A stretch of 62,387 bases of DNA, the filler included. It is 7 parts of 7 records of this genome, joined end to end, with 100 filler letters (N's around TTAATTAATTAA, not from the genome) between each part and the next. Parts side by side here need not be neighbours in the genome. Positions count along the whole stretch, not along the records: positions 35,418 to 42,863 come from DRR723986_25246; positions 42,964 to 54,143 come from DRR723986_25257; 5 more parts are not named here. One strand, written 5' to 3'. The notes beneath the pieces were generated by a model that did not search any database, was not told the DNA's origin, and worked only from the letters and a program-made list of their open reading frames with translations. Made by a program: the position numbers and the translations under genes. This document shows positions 37,006 to 46,910 of this stretch, in pieces (position 1 is the stretch's first letter; every line of letters begins with the position of its first letter).

Positions 37006-38178
37006 TTAGTCATTTTCGAAGCTTGGCTTTAATCGGATAAAGGCCAGCTGATTCTCTTTTTTCAAGTAGGAATAGATAGAGCCGTTGTGAACAAATGTTT
37101 TTTCTTCGAAGTATTTGCCAATAATCGGAATGTAATTTTGAAGCTTTTGCTCATGGATCTGCTCTAGAGTCTCATCAAAAACTGTCAACACGTAGATATA
37201 CTTAGGTCTCTGTGGATTGCTCTTGTCCAGTTCTCGGCTGTAGCGATAGAAGCGCTGGGCATTTTGATCCTTGAGTAACGGCCCAAAGGTTACCTCATCA
37301 TTCTTGCGGTTTACCCAATACATAAAGAGGCGTTGATTGGTAATGTCTTGTCTGTAGTTACCAGATTTCTTATCCGAAGTGATTTGGCTGTGGTATGTTT
37401 TATTGGTGACCGTGCCGCTTTCTGCATCATAATACCATAATTCATTGCTGGCAGAGGTGGACAAAATGATATCCGGTCCATTCAGAAGCAAGTATTTCAA
37501 TTCGGGCGAACTATTTCTCTTACCGATATCATAATCTACTGTGATGGTATATTGCTTCAATTGATCCCAAAAGTCAATTGGAATAAGCTTTAAAGACCTA
37601 TCCACAAGACTGACTTTAGCTATCCCCAGTACGTTCCCCCCAATTTTGAAATTACCATAGAAGCTTGCTAAATAGGAGCCGTCCGTAGCGATTTCTCCTA
37701 GTCCATCGATCTCAGTGTCAAAAGGCAAGCGATCTCCCGATAGTTCTCTGTTAATGAGTTCGTAGCTATCTATCTTCTTACCCTCCCCATTGAGCTTGTG
37801 GATTACTTTGTATTCTTTAAAAAATGTATTGCCAAATAAGGTTTTCTTGAGGCCAAAGGGGAAATATTGCTTGACACTGTTGGGTCCATTGATCTTATAG
37901 TTGATTATACTGTCGAGTTTCAAGGTCTCCATATTGATTACTTCTACTCTGGCGCTTTCTGGAGTTAGGTTGTATAGGATTCCTTCTCTCGCCGAATAAT
38001 CCGACATGTTAAGATCCATTTCCAGGTAAATCTGTTCCTCTCCTGCGTCTATAAAAACAGTATCGAGGACATAATTAAACCCAGGAGAGACATTGGCTAC
38101 AGGAAGTTGCACTTCAACTGGTTTTTCTTCGCAAGAGGCAAGCATGATTAAAAGTAGCAGAAAAGAGATTTGCTTCAT
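37006..38178 (-). CDS. DUF4221-like lipoprotein, paralogue 6 in the array
   Basis: Lipobox LASC, LDTVFIDAGE and C-terminal LAFIRLKP. Confidence 0.8.
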   Translation of the reverse strand: MKQISFLLLLIMLASCEEKPVEVQLPVANVSPGFNYVLDTVFIDAGEEQIYLEMDLNMSDYSAREGILYNLTPESARVEVINMETLKLDSIINYKINGPNSVKQYFPFGLKKTLFGNTFFKEYKVIHKLNGEGKKIDSYELINRELSGDRLPFDTEIDGLGEIATDGSYLASFYGNFKIGGNVLGIAKVSLVDRSLKLIPIDFWDQLKQYTITVDYDIGKRNSSPELKYLLLNGPDIILSTSASNELWYYDAESGTVTNKTYHSQITSDKKSGNYRQDITNQRLFMYWVNRKNDEVTFGPLLKDQNAQRFYRYSRELDKSNPQRPKYIYVLTVFDETLEQIHEQKLQNYIPIIGKYFEEKTFVHNGSIYSYLKKENQLAFIRLKPSFEND

Positions 38179-38238
38179 TCCTTAAAAATTAAAGTCAAAA
38201 ATCCAGAAAGCCAATTTATTGGTACGTTTCATTTATTC

Positions 38239-39387
38239 TTACTTCTCCATAAAAGTTGGTTTCAGTCTGATAAAAGCCATTTCGTCTTCGATATTGAGGA
38301 AACTATAGAGCATACCGTCCTTAAAGAATGGTTTTCTGAAATTATAAAACTCTTCAAGTTCTTGCTCTTTGAGCATCTTAAAATCAGCATCAAAAAATGT
38401 GACTACCTGCTTGAAAACAACAGAATCCGCAATCATGCGGTCTTTGTCTATACTCAGTCTCCAGAAACTATTTTGCTCAGGTAATTTCAAAAATTCTTCA
38501 AAAGAAACTTGTTCGTTTTTTGCTTTCTCAGCATCCGCCCATTCTTTATTTGAGTGTACCTCATTAGGGTAATTTGCTTTTTTTTCGTTGGCTGTAAGGC
38601 TTGCGCTAAAACTGAAGTGATCAAGGCTGTCCATGTTGACATCATAAATATACACTTCGTTGTACGCCGAAGATGAAATAATCAGATTATGATCAATGAA
38701 ACTCAAGTATGAATATTCGCCAATACTAATACCCGGGGCATTGCCTTCTTGATGCATGATTTCAAATTGCTTTAGCTCTTGGAATAAGTCCATTGAAACA
38801 TATTTATTCAAGCCCGAAGCTAAATCAATCACAACAATTCCTTGTGCTGGAGTTTTGTAATCAAAGTTGACTAAAGTGCTCGCGAGTAATTTGCCATCAT
38901 CGGAAAGTACGCTGGTCCAGCCAATTTTCTCTTCCTCTTTTTGATCATTATTTTGAATTTTGATTTGATCAAATTCAATGGTATTGACCAGTTTCCCTTG
39001 CTCAGAGACGAGGTGGATTTTAAACTGACCAAACAAAGCGATGTTACCATTTTCCAATACCTGAATTTTCCCATAATAAGGGAGCCCAATTCCATCAGGA
39101 CCTTCTTTTTCCAATTGGACTGTCTTCTCTAATTTGAGGTCGTCCAAGTTTACAATCTCAAGCAGGAGCGATTGAGGATTAAGATTATACAGGTATTTCC
39201 GGTCTGGGGAGACATCAGATAAACTCAAATCCCAATTGAGGAAAAAGAAATGCTCCCCGGCATCCACTATGACTGTGTCTACTGTGTAGCTGAAATCAAA
39301 GTCCTCATCTGCCGTGTGTTCAGATTTCTTTTCGGAAGAACAGCTGGCAAAAACAACTGCAAACAGTAAGTATAAATATTTAGTCAT
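38239..39387 (-). CDS. DUF4221-like lipoprotein, paralogue 5
   Basis: FASC, VDTVIVDAGE, EKEGPDG and FFKDGMLYSFLNIEDE. Confidence 0.82.
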   Translation of the reverse strand: MTKYLYLLFAVVFASCSSEKKSEHTADEDFDFSYTVDTVIVDAGEHFFFLNWDLSLSDVSPDRKYLYNLNPQSLLLEIVNLDDLKLEKTVQLEKEGPDGIGLPYYGKIQVLENGNIALFGQFKIHLVSEQGKLVNTIEFDQIKIQNNDQKEEEKIGWTSVLSDDGKLLASTLVNFDYKTPAQGIVVIDLASGLNKYVSMDLFQELKQFEIMHQEGNAPGISIGEYSYLSFIDHNLIISSSAYNEVYIYDVNMDSLDHFSFSASLTANEKKANYPNEVHSNKEWADAEKAKNEQVSFEEFLKLPEQNSFWRLSIDKDRMIADSVVFKQVVTFFDADFKMLKEQELEEFYNFRKPFFKDGMLYSFLNIEDEMAFIRLKPTFMEK

Positions 39388-40555
39388 GGTAAAAATTTGG
39401 TTTGAGCCTCACAAAGGCCAGTTCGTCTTCTAAATTTAAAAACATATATAGATCTCCTTTTCTGAAAAAACTAAGGGAAGGAAGTCCTTCAAAAGGCAAT
39501 GCATCTCCCTCATCTAATTCAGTTTCAGCTATCTGGTTCAGGTCACTGTCCAGTACAGTTATAAAAAAAGAAAAGATAGGGTCGGCAACGCTTCCCCCAT
39601 TTCTCTCCCGACTGATTCTCCAGAAGTATCCTCGCTCATCATCATGACTCCAAGGACCAAAAGTCACTTCCTGCTTCTTCAGGGTATGAAATTCATCAAA
39701 CTGCTCCAATGAATTTGCCTTTTTAGGATACAGCCCCGGCTTTTCATCAGGCAAAAATTCACTGGCAAGTTTAATTTCACGATACTCTCCAGATTCCAAG
39801 TTTAGACTTAAGAGTCGATTATGTGCTGAATTGGAATGTAGAATTTCAGTTTCTGTAAGTGTTATAAAACTCCGTTCTCCAGCCCTCGCGCCTGCCCGCT
39901 CGCCGTCTGGTGAAGATAATTCGTACTTCTCGAGCGATTGAAATACGTCCAACTTGATTAAGCGCTTGCTTAGCTGCTCCAGGTCTAAGATAGCTAAGCC
40001 TTGAAGTCCTTCACCATCCAAAAGATAATCTCCATAGTGACTGACGAAGTATTTCCCTGAGCGGTTGATTTTACCCATGCCGTCAATTTCCATTTTGTCT
40101 GGAAGGGTATCGCCCGAAAAACTTGCGTTGCTGAGCCGGAACTGACCCACTTTTTCACCCGCCGCATTGAGATGAATAATAGATCTATAATCTGTAAACC
40201 ACTTCTCTCCAGAATCAGTAATTTTGGTACCAGAAGTGAACATTTCTTTGACGGAATTTGGGCCGTCTTGATCGTACTGGATGATTTCTAGTAGTTCCCC
40301 CTTTTTCATATCGATCACTTCCATCCGGCTGGTTTGTGGATTAAGGTTGTATAAAAGGTCAGTTTTGGGATCGTAATCGGATATGTAAAGTCCCATATTC
40401 AGGAATAGAAACTCGTCCTTGGCATCGATGTATACTGTGTCGATTTGATAGCTGAAAGAGATTGATTCTACCTGCGTATTTTCAGCACCGTCTTTAGTGC
40501 CGCAGCTGGCTAAAACTGCCAGAATAATCGGGGCAAGTAGTCTAAGTTTATTCAT
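39380..40555 (-). CDS. DUF4221-like lipoprotein, paralogue 4
   Basis: Start MNKLRLL, LASC, IDTVYIDAK and NLEDELAFVRLKP. Confidence 0.82.
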   Translation of the reverse strand: MNKLRLLAPIILAVLASCGTKDGAENTQVESISFSYQIDTVYIDAKDEFLFLNMGLYISDYDPKTDLLYNLNPQTSRMEVIDMKKGELLEIIQYDQDGPNSVKEMFTSGTKITDSGEKWFTDYRSIIHLNAAGEKVGQFRLSNASFSGDTLPDKMEIDGMGKINRSGKYFVSHYGDYLLDGEGLQGLAILDLEQLSKRLIKLDVFQSLEKYELSSPDGERAGARAGERSFITLTETEILHSNSAHNRLLSLNLESGEYREIKLASEFLPDEKPGLYPKKANSLEQFDEFHTLKKQEVTFGPWSHDDERGYFWRISRERNGGSVADPIFSFFITVLDSDLNQIAETELDEGDALPFEGLPSLSFFRKGDLYMFLNLEDELAFVRLKPNFYHD

Positions 40556-41696
40556 AGGTAGGTTTGATTCTGACAAAACCAAGCTCATCTTCTAGATTAA
40601 TGTAGGAGTAGAGCATGCCGTCTTTGAAGAATGTGAGTGAACCCTTTTCAGAATAGTCCACCTTTTCTTCGTGAAGTTGCGTGAGATCTTTGTCAAAAAT
40701 TGTAAGTACAACATCGTAGGTGGCTGAATCGCCAATCATGCGATCGAGTGAAGTACTAAATCTCCAGAATTTCTCATTTTGATCATCGTAATGAAACTTG
40801 AGGAAATGAATCTCTTTTACTTTTTCCATTGCGAGATCCATTAGCTCTTTATCAGAACCAGCAGTTTTCTGAAAATTACCTTGCTTGGCATCGTCGGTAA
40901 GTTCAGAGTGGAATGATTTTTTTTCTACGCTGCCATCAGAAATGCTTACTTGATAGATTTCATTATATGCTGTAGTTGAAATAAGAATTTTGTCCTCAAA
41001 TGGGAGGTAAAAAACTGTCTCTGAGACAGACGTTTTAGAATCCTCATTAGGTCTAAATACAATTTCAAATTGTTCGATTTTTTCAAAAATATCCAGTGGC
41101 ACTTTTTTTAGTTCCTTGGAATTGAGATTCACTATGGCGAGACCATTTTTGTGGCTATTATCCTGCTTTCCATAGTTGCTAAAGTAGAATTTCCCATCAT
41201 CTGACATAAATCCCTCAGGGTATATCTTTTCAACCTCTGACAATGATTCTCCTTTCAATGAGTCTGAAGAAAACCAATATCTACTTTTCTTATCCTTCGC
41301 TGCATTGAGTTTAATCATGTGAGACCAATTACTCAGGAAGAGTTCGCCGGAGTCAGAGACATGAACCATAGGTATATATGAATTCGCAGCGTTAATTCCT
41401 GTTGGTCCTTCATTCTCCAGCTTTATCACTTCTTTGAGTCTTAACTCATTTAGGTCAATAACTTCCAATTCGGGAACGGTTGGGTTGAAATTATAGAGTG
41501 TTTTCTTATCTGAGCTGAGGGAAGATGAACGTAAAAACTTAGCCAAATAAATAAAATGATCAGCTCCGGGATCTACCTGCACGGTGTCTATTTCTACCGT
41601 GAAGTCCAGATTGGATGAGTTGGTGGATTCTGAGCTGTCTTTTTCACCGCAGGATGCAAGAATAATTAGAGATAAAAATGGTAAGAGTTTTTTCAT
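40548..41696 (-). CDS. DUF4221-like lipoprotein, paralogue 3
   Basis: LASC, IDTVQVDPG, EGPTG and FFKDGMLYSYINLEDELGF. Confidence 0.82.
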   Translation of the reverse strand: MKKLLPFLSLIILASCGEKDSSESTNSSNLDFTVEIDTVQVDPGADHFIYLAKFLRSSSLSSDKKTLYNFNPTVPELEVIDLNELRLKEVIKLENEGPTGINAANSYIPMVHVSDSGELFLSNWSHMIKLNAAKDKKSRYWFSSDSLKGESLSEVEKIYPEGFMSDDGKFYFSNYGKQDNSHKNGLAIVNLNSKELKKVPLDIFEKIEQFEIVFRPNEDSKTSVSETVFYLPFEDKILISTTAYNEIYQVSISDGSVEKKSFHSELTDDAKQGNFQKTAGSDKELMDLAMEKVKEIHFLKFHYDDQNEKFWRFSTSLDRMIGDSATYDVVLTIFDKDLTQLHEEKVDYSEKGSLTFFKDGMLYSYINLEDELGFVRIKPTYE

Positions 41697-41702
41697 AGTT
41701 TA

Positions 41703-42830
41703 TTAAAAATCAAAAGTGAATACAGCAAATCCCAATTCGTCTTCGACATTTACTTGGGAATAGAGCTTTCCATCTTTGAAAAAGCCATTCGGGGTTTTGG
41801 ATAATCCTTCCAATCGAGTCTCACCGATTAGCTCCAAATCTTTGGAATAAGCCATAAAGAATATTTCATAATCCTTTGCCCAGCCTTCTTGATCAAACCC
41901 AATAGCTCTACTTGCAAACCTGAAATAGCGCTGAGACTTTTCATCCCAGATGAAGCTCCAGTAGCTGATTTTTTGGGTTAGCTTTTTTAATTCTTCCTCA
42001 AACTCGGCTCTGCTCCCCACCCTGTTTTTTACCTCTCCTGTTTTTTCTAAGGGCACAAGCTCATGTGGAAATTCCCTATAAAAAAGGCTGTCTAGACTTG
42101 GATTGTAGATGTAGGTGCCATTTCCCACAGTACAGGATATAAGCACAAGCTCATCAAACTGTTGTAGGTGTAGAAATTCACTTTTTTGCTCGCTATCGCT
42201 TCTAACCAAGTATTTATTAGCCCATTTAAACTCTTTGAGCTCTTCCATCTTTTTCCTGTTTTCCAGTGAGTCTATTACAGCAAAATAATGGTCTCTTGTT
42301 TCAAAGTTCATCGGCAAAGAATACAAGTTGAGACGCTTTGAGTCCAGAATTACTCTATTTCCAAGGGAGAAAGGCTCGACAGGAAATCCTTCTACCAATT
42401 TGTCTTGATCAAGATTCCAAGTCTTGATTTTCAGGCCTTGGTCAGAAATAATAGAAGGTCGATGTAAGGTTGGGAAAAAGAAGCCACCATCAGAAAGTGC
42501 ATAAAAACTAAAGGTATGACCGGGACTGTTTGGGCCATCTTTCTCTAGAGAAAAGGAACCTATTAAACTCAGTTGATCCAAATCGATTTTCTGGATTTTA
42601 AGGTTTTTGTAGAAGTAGAAAAAGCGGCCGTCTGGCGATGAAGAGGTATTAAAACCGAAGGAAAAATCTAAAATTTCATCTCCAGTATCCACCATCACTG
42701 TATCGACCGAATAGGTCATGTTTTCCAGAATATTCTTGGGCTCCTCTACGACAGAAACTTCCTCAGATTTAGGCTTTTCATCACAGGCTAAAAATAGAGC
42801 AAGAACTGAAATCGTAAGAAGCTTTTTCAT
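41703..42830 (-). CDS. DUF4221-like lipoprotein, paralogue 2
   Basis: FLAC, VDTVMVDTG, EKDGPNS and NVEDELGFAVFTFDF. Confidence 0.82.
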   Translation of the reverse strand: MKKLLTISVLALFLACDEKPKSEEVSVVEEPKNILENMTYSVDTVMVDTGDEILDFSFGFNTSSSPDGRFFYFYKNLKIQKIDLDQLSLIGSFSLEKDGPNSPGHTFSFYALSDGGFFFPTLHRPSIISDQGLKIKTWNLDQDKLVEGFPVEPFSLGNRVILDSKRLNLYSLPMNFETRDHYFAVIDSLENRKKMEELKEFKWANKYLVRSDSEQKSEFLHLQQFDELVLISCTVGNGTYIYNPSLDSLFYREFPHELVPLEKTGEVKNRVGSRAEFEEELKKLTQKISYWSFIWDEKSQRYFRFASRAIGFDQEGWAKDYEIFFMAYSKDLELIGETRLEGLSKTPNGFFKDGKLYSQVNVEDELGFAVFTFDF

Positions 42831-42834
42831 TTGT

Positions 42835-42863
42835 TTAAAAATCAAAAGTGAATACTGCGAAGC
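42835..42863 (-). CDS. 3' end of a further DUF4221-like paralogue
   Basis: Translates to FAVFTFDF*, identical to the C-terminus of the next gene. Confidence 0.75.
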
Positions 42864-42963
42864 NNNNNNNNNNNNNNNNNNNNNNNNNNNNNNNNNNNNN
42901 NNNNNNNTTAATTAATTAANNNNNNNNNNNNNNNNNNNNNNNNNNNNNNNNNNNNNNNNNNNN
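42864..42963. other. Artificial contig spacer
   Basis: N-run containing TTAATTAATTAA. Confidence 0.99.
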
Positions 42964-42991
42964 AGCCAGAACGAAAGTTCTGGCTTTTTTT
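42964..42991 (+). terminator. Rho-independent terminator
   Basis: AGCCAGAAC-GAAA-GTTCTGGCT-TTTTTT. Confidence 0.8.
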
Positions 42992-42992
42992 A

Positions 42993-43078
42993 TTCCCCCC
43001 CTTTCGCTTGCGCCGAGGCTTCAGCGAAGAAGCATGGAGAGCCTGTCCCGATTTATCGGGTGGGATTAAGGGGTAGGG
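42993..43078. repeat. Composite GC-rich REP-like palindromic elements
   Basis: TTCGCTTG..CAGCGAA and CCCGAT-TT-ATCGGG hairpins between C- and G-tracts in AT-rich DNA. Confidence 0.5.
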
Positions 43079-43147
43079 TCTGAGGAGAATGCTTCAAAAC
43101 AGATTCCAGCTTTTTTATATCTTTAAGAGTCAAACAAATTCAGCCCT

Positions 43148-44650
43148 ATGAAATACTTTATTGTTACGCTATTTTCTATTTGTCTGTTCTCTTGTGCTGG
43201 TGATCCAGAATCCACAGAAGAAGTGAACGAAGACAACAGTGGTGTTCCAGATAACATCATGGAACTTGAAGATTCATTATTGGTGCAAGAAGATGGAGAA
43301 ATCTATACAGCTGAAGCAGCTATTGACGGTCCTGATGATGACTTATGGGTATTCAGGCCAGGAGAATGGGAAGGAGAGCCTTTAGAGCCAATGCCAGAAT
43401 CTTATGAGGTATTGCATGTAATTCCATATTCAGGAGTGTCACGAACCCCTTACACAGAAATGTCCTATACTAATAAAATGAATTTTACACTCTGGGACAA
43501 GTTTGCTGAACATACGGGAAAAGTGATTTTCTTTTATGATAGAGAAAAAACCATGGTAGCTTCAGAATTTCATGTCATAGACGGAAAGCCAGAAGGGATG
43601 GCGTCAATTTATAAGCCTGATGGCGCTATGTACATGCAAAAACGCTACGAAAATGGCTTGTGGGTAGAATCAATTGTTTATCCATACAGCTGTGATTGGA
43701 CCTTTGATCAGGCCGAATCTAAATTGTATATCAATGATCCTGGATATATCAGAAACTCTTCAGGGGAAACTGTACATAGAATTTCGGCGACACTGAGAGA
43801 AAAAGAACCGGGCGACAATCACATGTACAAGATCATGGAAAAAGCCTCTTTTGAAAATTTATTTAAAATCAACAATGAAATTTTTACGGGAGTGCTAGAA
43901 GCTTATTTCGAACCTTCAGGAATTGATGGGGACAACATTTATTATCAACTCAATTTTAAAGATGGTATGCTGAATGGTGATGTGAAGATCTACAATGATT
44001 GGGCAGAGCTTGAACTCCATGAAATCTTTAACATGGGCGAACTGGACACCACCGTTTACGTTTTGGATTATTCAGAAATGGACGGATTGGCAAAACCGAT
44101 TATTTATTTATATCCTGAAAAAGAAATGTTGGTAGACGTTCAATTAGATTTAAAAGGAGAATTGACGCATACATATCCTAAATACAACAAGGGATGGCAG
44201 GTAAAAGCAAGCCCTGACGGTACCTTATTGGATAAGGAAGGTAAAGAGTATTACGCCTTGTATTGGGAAGGAAATAATCAGGAGCAGTTTCAAGTGTCAG
44301 AAGGATTTGTCGTTCCTGGTGAAAAAACAGCAGCATTCTTAGAGGCATCTTTAGAAATTCTTGGCTTGAATAGAAGAGAGGCCAATGAATTTATAGTGTT
44401 TTGGTTACCAATCCTGGAACAAAATCCATACAATTTGATTCATTTCTCGAGTGATGAATATACTGAAATGGCCCAGTTAAAAATTACCCCTCAACCAGAG
44501 ACATTAATTCGTGTAATGATGGTATATAAGCCTTTACAAAGCCCAATTGAAATACCACAACAAGATATAGTAAAGCTTGCTAAAAAACGAAAAGGTTTTA
44601 CGGTAGTTGAATGGGGCGGAAGTTTATTGAAGTCTAAAGTCGCTCTTTAG
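43148..44650 (+). CDS. Lipoprotein with MORN-variant-like repeats and a C-terminal KPIIYLYP...VVEWGG domain
   Basis: Lipobox LFSC. DGKPEGMASIY/YENG/FKDGMLNG repeats. Conserved domain of unknown function at the C-terminus. Confidence 0.8.
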   Translation: MKYFIVTLFSICLFSCAGDPESTEEVNEDNSGVPDNIMELEDSLLVQEDGEIYTAEAAIDGPDDDLWVFRPGEWEGEPLEPMPESYEVLHVIPYSGVSRTPYTEMSYTNKMNFTLWDKFAEHTGKVIFFYDREKTMVASEFHVIDGKPEGMASIYKPDGAMYMQKRYENGLWVESIVYPYSCDWTFDQAESKLYINDPGYIRNSSGETVHRISATLREKEPGDNHMYKIMEKASFENLFKINNEIFTGVLEAYFEPSGIDGDNIYYQLNFKDGMLNGDVKIYNDWAELELHEIFNMGELDTTVYVLDYSEMDGLAKPIIYLYPEKEMLVDVQLDLKGELTHTYPKYNKGWQVKASPDGTLLDKEGKEYYALYWEGNNQEQFQVSEGFVVPGEKTAAFLEASLEILGLNRREANEFIVFWLPILEQNPYNLIHFSSDEYTEMAQLKITPQPETLIRVMMVYKPLQSPIEIPQQDIVKLAKKRKGFTVVEWGGSLLKSKVAL

Positions 44651-44653
44651 GGA

Positions 44654-45244
44654 TTAAGGAATTATCCCTTGGATAATCAAGACATTTACAATTACGGGAA
44701 CGAACATGACTGCTATTTTGTATTCATTTTTAAGATCCACCGGCCAATCTCCCAGTAACTTCCAATTATCTGTAACTTCAGGATGAGTAGTTTGCAGATC
44801 AAAATGTGAACTGGCACTATTTTCTACTGCATCCCAATTATTCCAATTTTCAGAATAAGAGGTCTCTATATCACAATGCCAGTCATAGGTGTAATCATCA
44901 ATCTTCCAGTTATCCCAACTATTCCAATAAGAAGTTTTGATTTGCAAGATAGTAGTGTCGCTTTTTAGTGTCCATTGACTCCAATTGTCTGATAAGGAGG
45001 TTCTTATGCTTCCGTTAATAGTGTTTGAGTAAAATTTCCAACCATCATATTGACCAGAAGAAATAGTTTTAACCGTTATTCCATTGCCAATCTGATGACT
45101 CGATTCAAGAAAAAAAGTCCACAGTTGGTGAGAAGAACTCCTCATTCCCCCTGAGTCGTTTAGAGCTGATTGGTTTGTTAGATTTTGCTCTTTTTTACAT
45201 GAAAACAGGCAAAGAACCAAAAATGTAAAAGTTAGTCGAATCAT
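44654..45244 (-). CDS. Lipoprotein with degenerate TS..xWDNW repeats (paralogue of 45294-45899)
   Basis: LFSC lipobox. C-terminus FVPVIVNVLIIQGII is shared with the neighbour. Confidence 0.8.
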   Translation of the reverse strand: MIRLTFTFLVLCLFSCKKEQNLTNQSALNDSGGMRSSSHQLWTFFLESSHQIGNGITVKTISSGQYDGWKFYSNTINGSIRTSLSDNWSQWTLKSDTTILQIKTSYWNSWDNWKIDDYTYDWHCDIETSYSENWNNWDAVENSASSHFDLQTTHPEVTDNWKLLGDWPVDLKNEYKIAVMFVPVIVNVLIIQGIIP

Positions 45245-45293
45245 GAGCGGGGATTTGTTTCCAGAACAGTAAACCAAAAATCATGCCGTACAG

Positions 45294-45899
45294 CTACTGA
45301 ATTATCCCTTGGATAATCAGGACATTTACTATTACAGGTACAAATAGAATCGCCACGCGGTACTCTAATGGGTAACTGCTTGGGAAATCTCCATAGACAT
45401 CCCAGTTGTCAAAATCTTCAGAAAATGCGGTTTGAATGTCCAGAATATGACCGTTATCATTTACGTCCCAATTATCCCAATCTTCTGAAAAAGAAGTGGT
45501 GACATCAGCATGCCAGCCATTTGCGTTATCGTTGATATCCCAATTGTCCCAATCTTCAGAAAAAGATGTAGTCATGGTAATCACATAATCTCCATTTGAT
45601 AATTTCCAATTATCCCAATCGTTAGAAAAGTTGGTGAAAATATCGGCTTGAACACCAGCTGCTGATAAATCCCAGTTATCCCAATCTTCAGAAAATGAAG
45701 TAATAACCTGAGCTGTGGTATCACCAATGTAAAATCGCCAATTGTCCCAGTCTTCAGAAAAATTAGTTGTCATTTCAGCGGTAACTGAGGGGTAAACGAT
45801 CTGTTGATTTTGATTTGAAGTTTGATTAGTTGAAGATGAATCTTCTTTAATGCAAGAGAAGCTAAGAGCTAAAAGACTAAGTGCGAACAAAAATTTCAT
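45294..45899 (-). CDS. Lipoprotein with six TxFSEDWDNW repeats and a hydrophobic C-terminal helix
   Basis: SFSC lipobox and six near-identical motifs at 22-24 aa spacing. Confidence 0.85.
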   Translation of the reverse strand: MKFLFALSLLALSFSCIKEDSSSTNQTSNQNQQIVYPSVTAEMTTNFSEDWDNWRFYIGDTTAQVITSFSEDWDNWDLSAAGVQADIFTNFSNDWDNWKLSNGDYVITMTTSFSEDWDNWDINDNANGWHADVTTSFSEDWDNWDVNDNGHILDIQTAFSEDFDNWDVYGDFPSSYPLEYRVAILFVPVIVNVLIIQGIIQ

Positions 45900-45902
45900 G
45901 GA

Positions 45903-46766
45903 CTAAGAGTATTTCTCTAAATCACTGATTTCATTTAAAATAGCATCAATGATTCGAGTAGGTTCTTTATGTAGTCGTAACAACTTTTGTGCCTTTTTTA
46001 ATTCGATATAATATAGAATCTGCTTGGTATCTAATTCAACTTCAGTATTTAACCGTCCTTCTGAAGATCTATTTTGGAAGTAATTGATTGCAGCATTATA
46101 CTGTGATCCTCTGTAGTTTCCTTTGTGATACAGGTTCAGTAAATGCGTGTAATGCTGAATTTCTGTGATTTTATCAGCCCTTAAACCTGGTGTTCTTTTA
46201 GCAATTTCATTGTTTTTCAAATCGTAAAAAACGGCACCATTTACTTCTTGTATTTCGTGTTTGCCAATCTCAAATATTTGAGAATTAGCCGTTACATTCT
46301 CCGCAATCGTTGAAGTTCCGTAGACATGTAATGAAAGACAATTCTCGTCAAAAGGATTTCCCATTTGATGAATTAAAGCTTGATTTACAGCTAACACTTC
46401 GTTGGGAGCTAACTTTTCTTTATAGATGGTAGAAATAAAATTATCTTCTCGTTTGAAATTGATGTGTTCTAATCTGCCAAATACTTTTACAGCACCCCAT
46501 TCTGCAATTCCGTGGTTATGCACTGCAGTATAATCACCGGGGCACCACGACATCACCATGATTTCATATTGCTCACCTTTATAAACTTCTCTTCGTCCAT
46601 ATCCTTCTTTAGGATTATGATCAAAAGTTGACCAGGGCAAAAGCGTCTCTTTAGTAATATTAGATGTTTTCAGAATTTTAAGAAGCTCATTTGGCTCAAA
46701 AGAATTCAAAGCATCTAATTTTGCAATTAAATCTAGGAACTCAACCGGTAACGATAATTTCTTCAT
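45903..46766 (-). CDS. Cysteine dioxygenase-family cupin with C-terminal extension
   Basis: YGRREV, MSWCPGDYTAVHNHG, IHQMGN and LSLHVY. Confidence 0.85.
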   Translation of the reverse strand: MKKLSLPVEFLDLIAKLDALNSFEPNELLKILKTSNITKETLLPWSTFDHNPKEGYGRREVYKGEQYEIMVMSWCPGDYTAVHNHGIAEWGAVKVFGRLEHINFKREDNFISTIYKEKLAPNEVLAVNQALIHQMGNPFDENCLSLHVYGTSTIAENVTANSQIFEIGKHEIQEVNGAVFYDLKNNEIAKRTPGLRADKITEIQHYTHLLNLYHKGNYRGSQYNAAINYFQNRSSEGRLNTEVELDTKQILYYIELKKAQKLLRLHKEPTRIIDAILNEISDLEKYS

Positions 46767-46781
46767 ATAAAATTCTTCCTA

Positions 46782-46789
46782 CAAAGATA
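46782..46789 (-). promoter_or_regulatory. Bacteroidota -7 promoter element
   Basis: TATCTTTG matches TAnnTTTG just upstream of the cysteine dioxygenase-like gene. Confidence 0.55.
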
Positions 46790-46910
46790 ACGATAAATAA
46801 GGCCTTGGGGTTTACCGTTAATCAAGATTTATTTTTTTTAATATATAATTAAACCTTTGTTAACCGATTAAGTCAAAGAGGCTAAATTCATGAATAATAA
46901 GTCTAATAAA

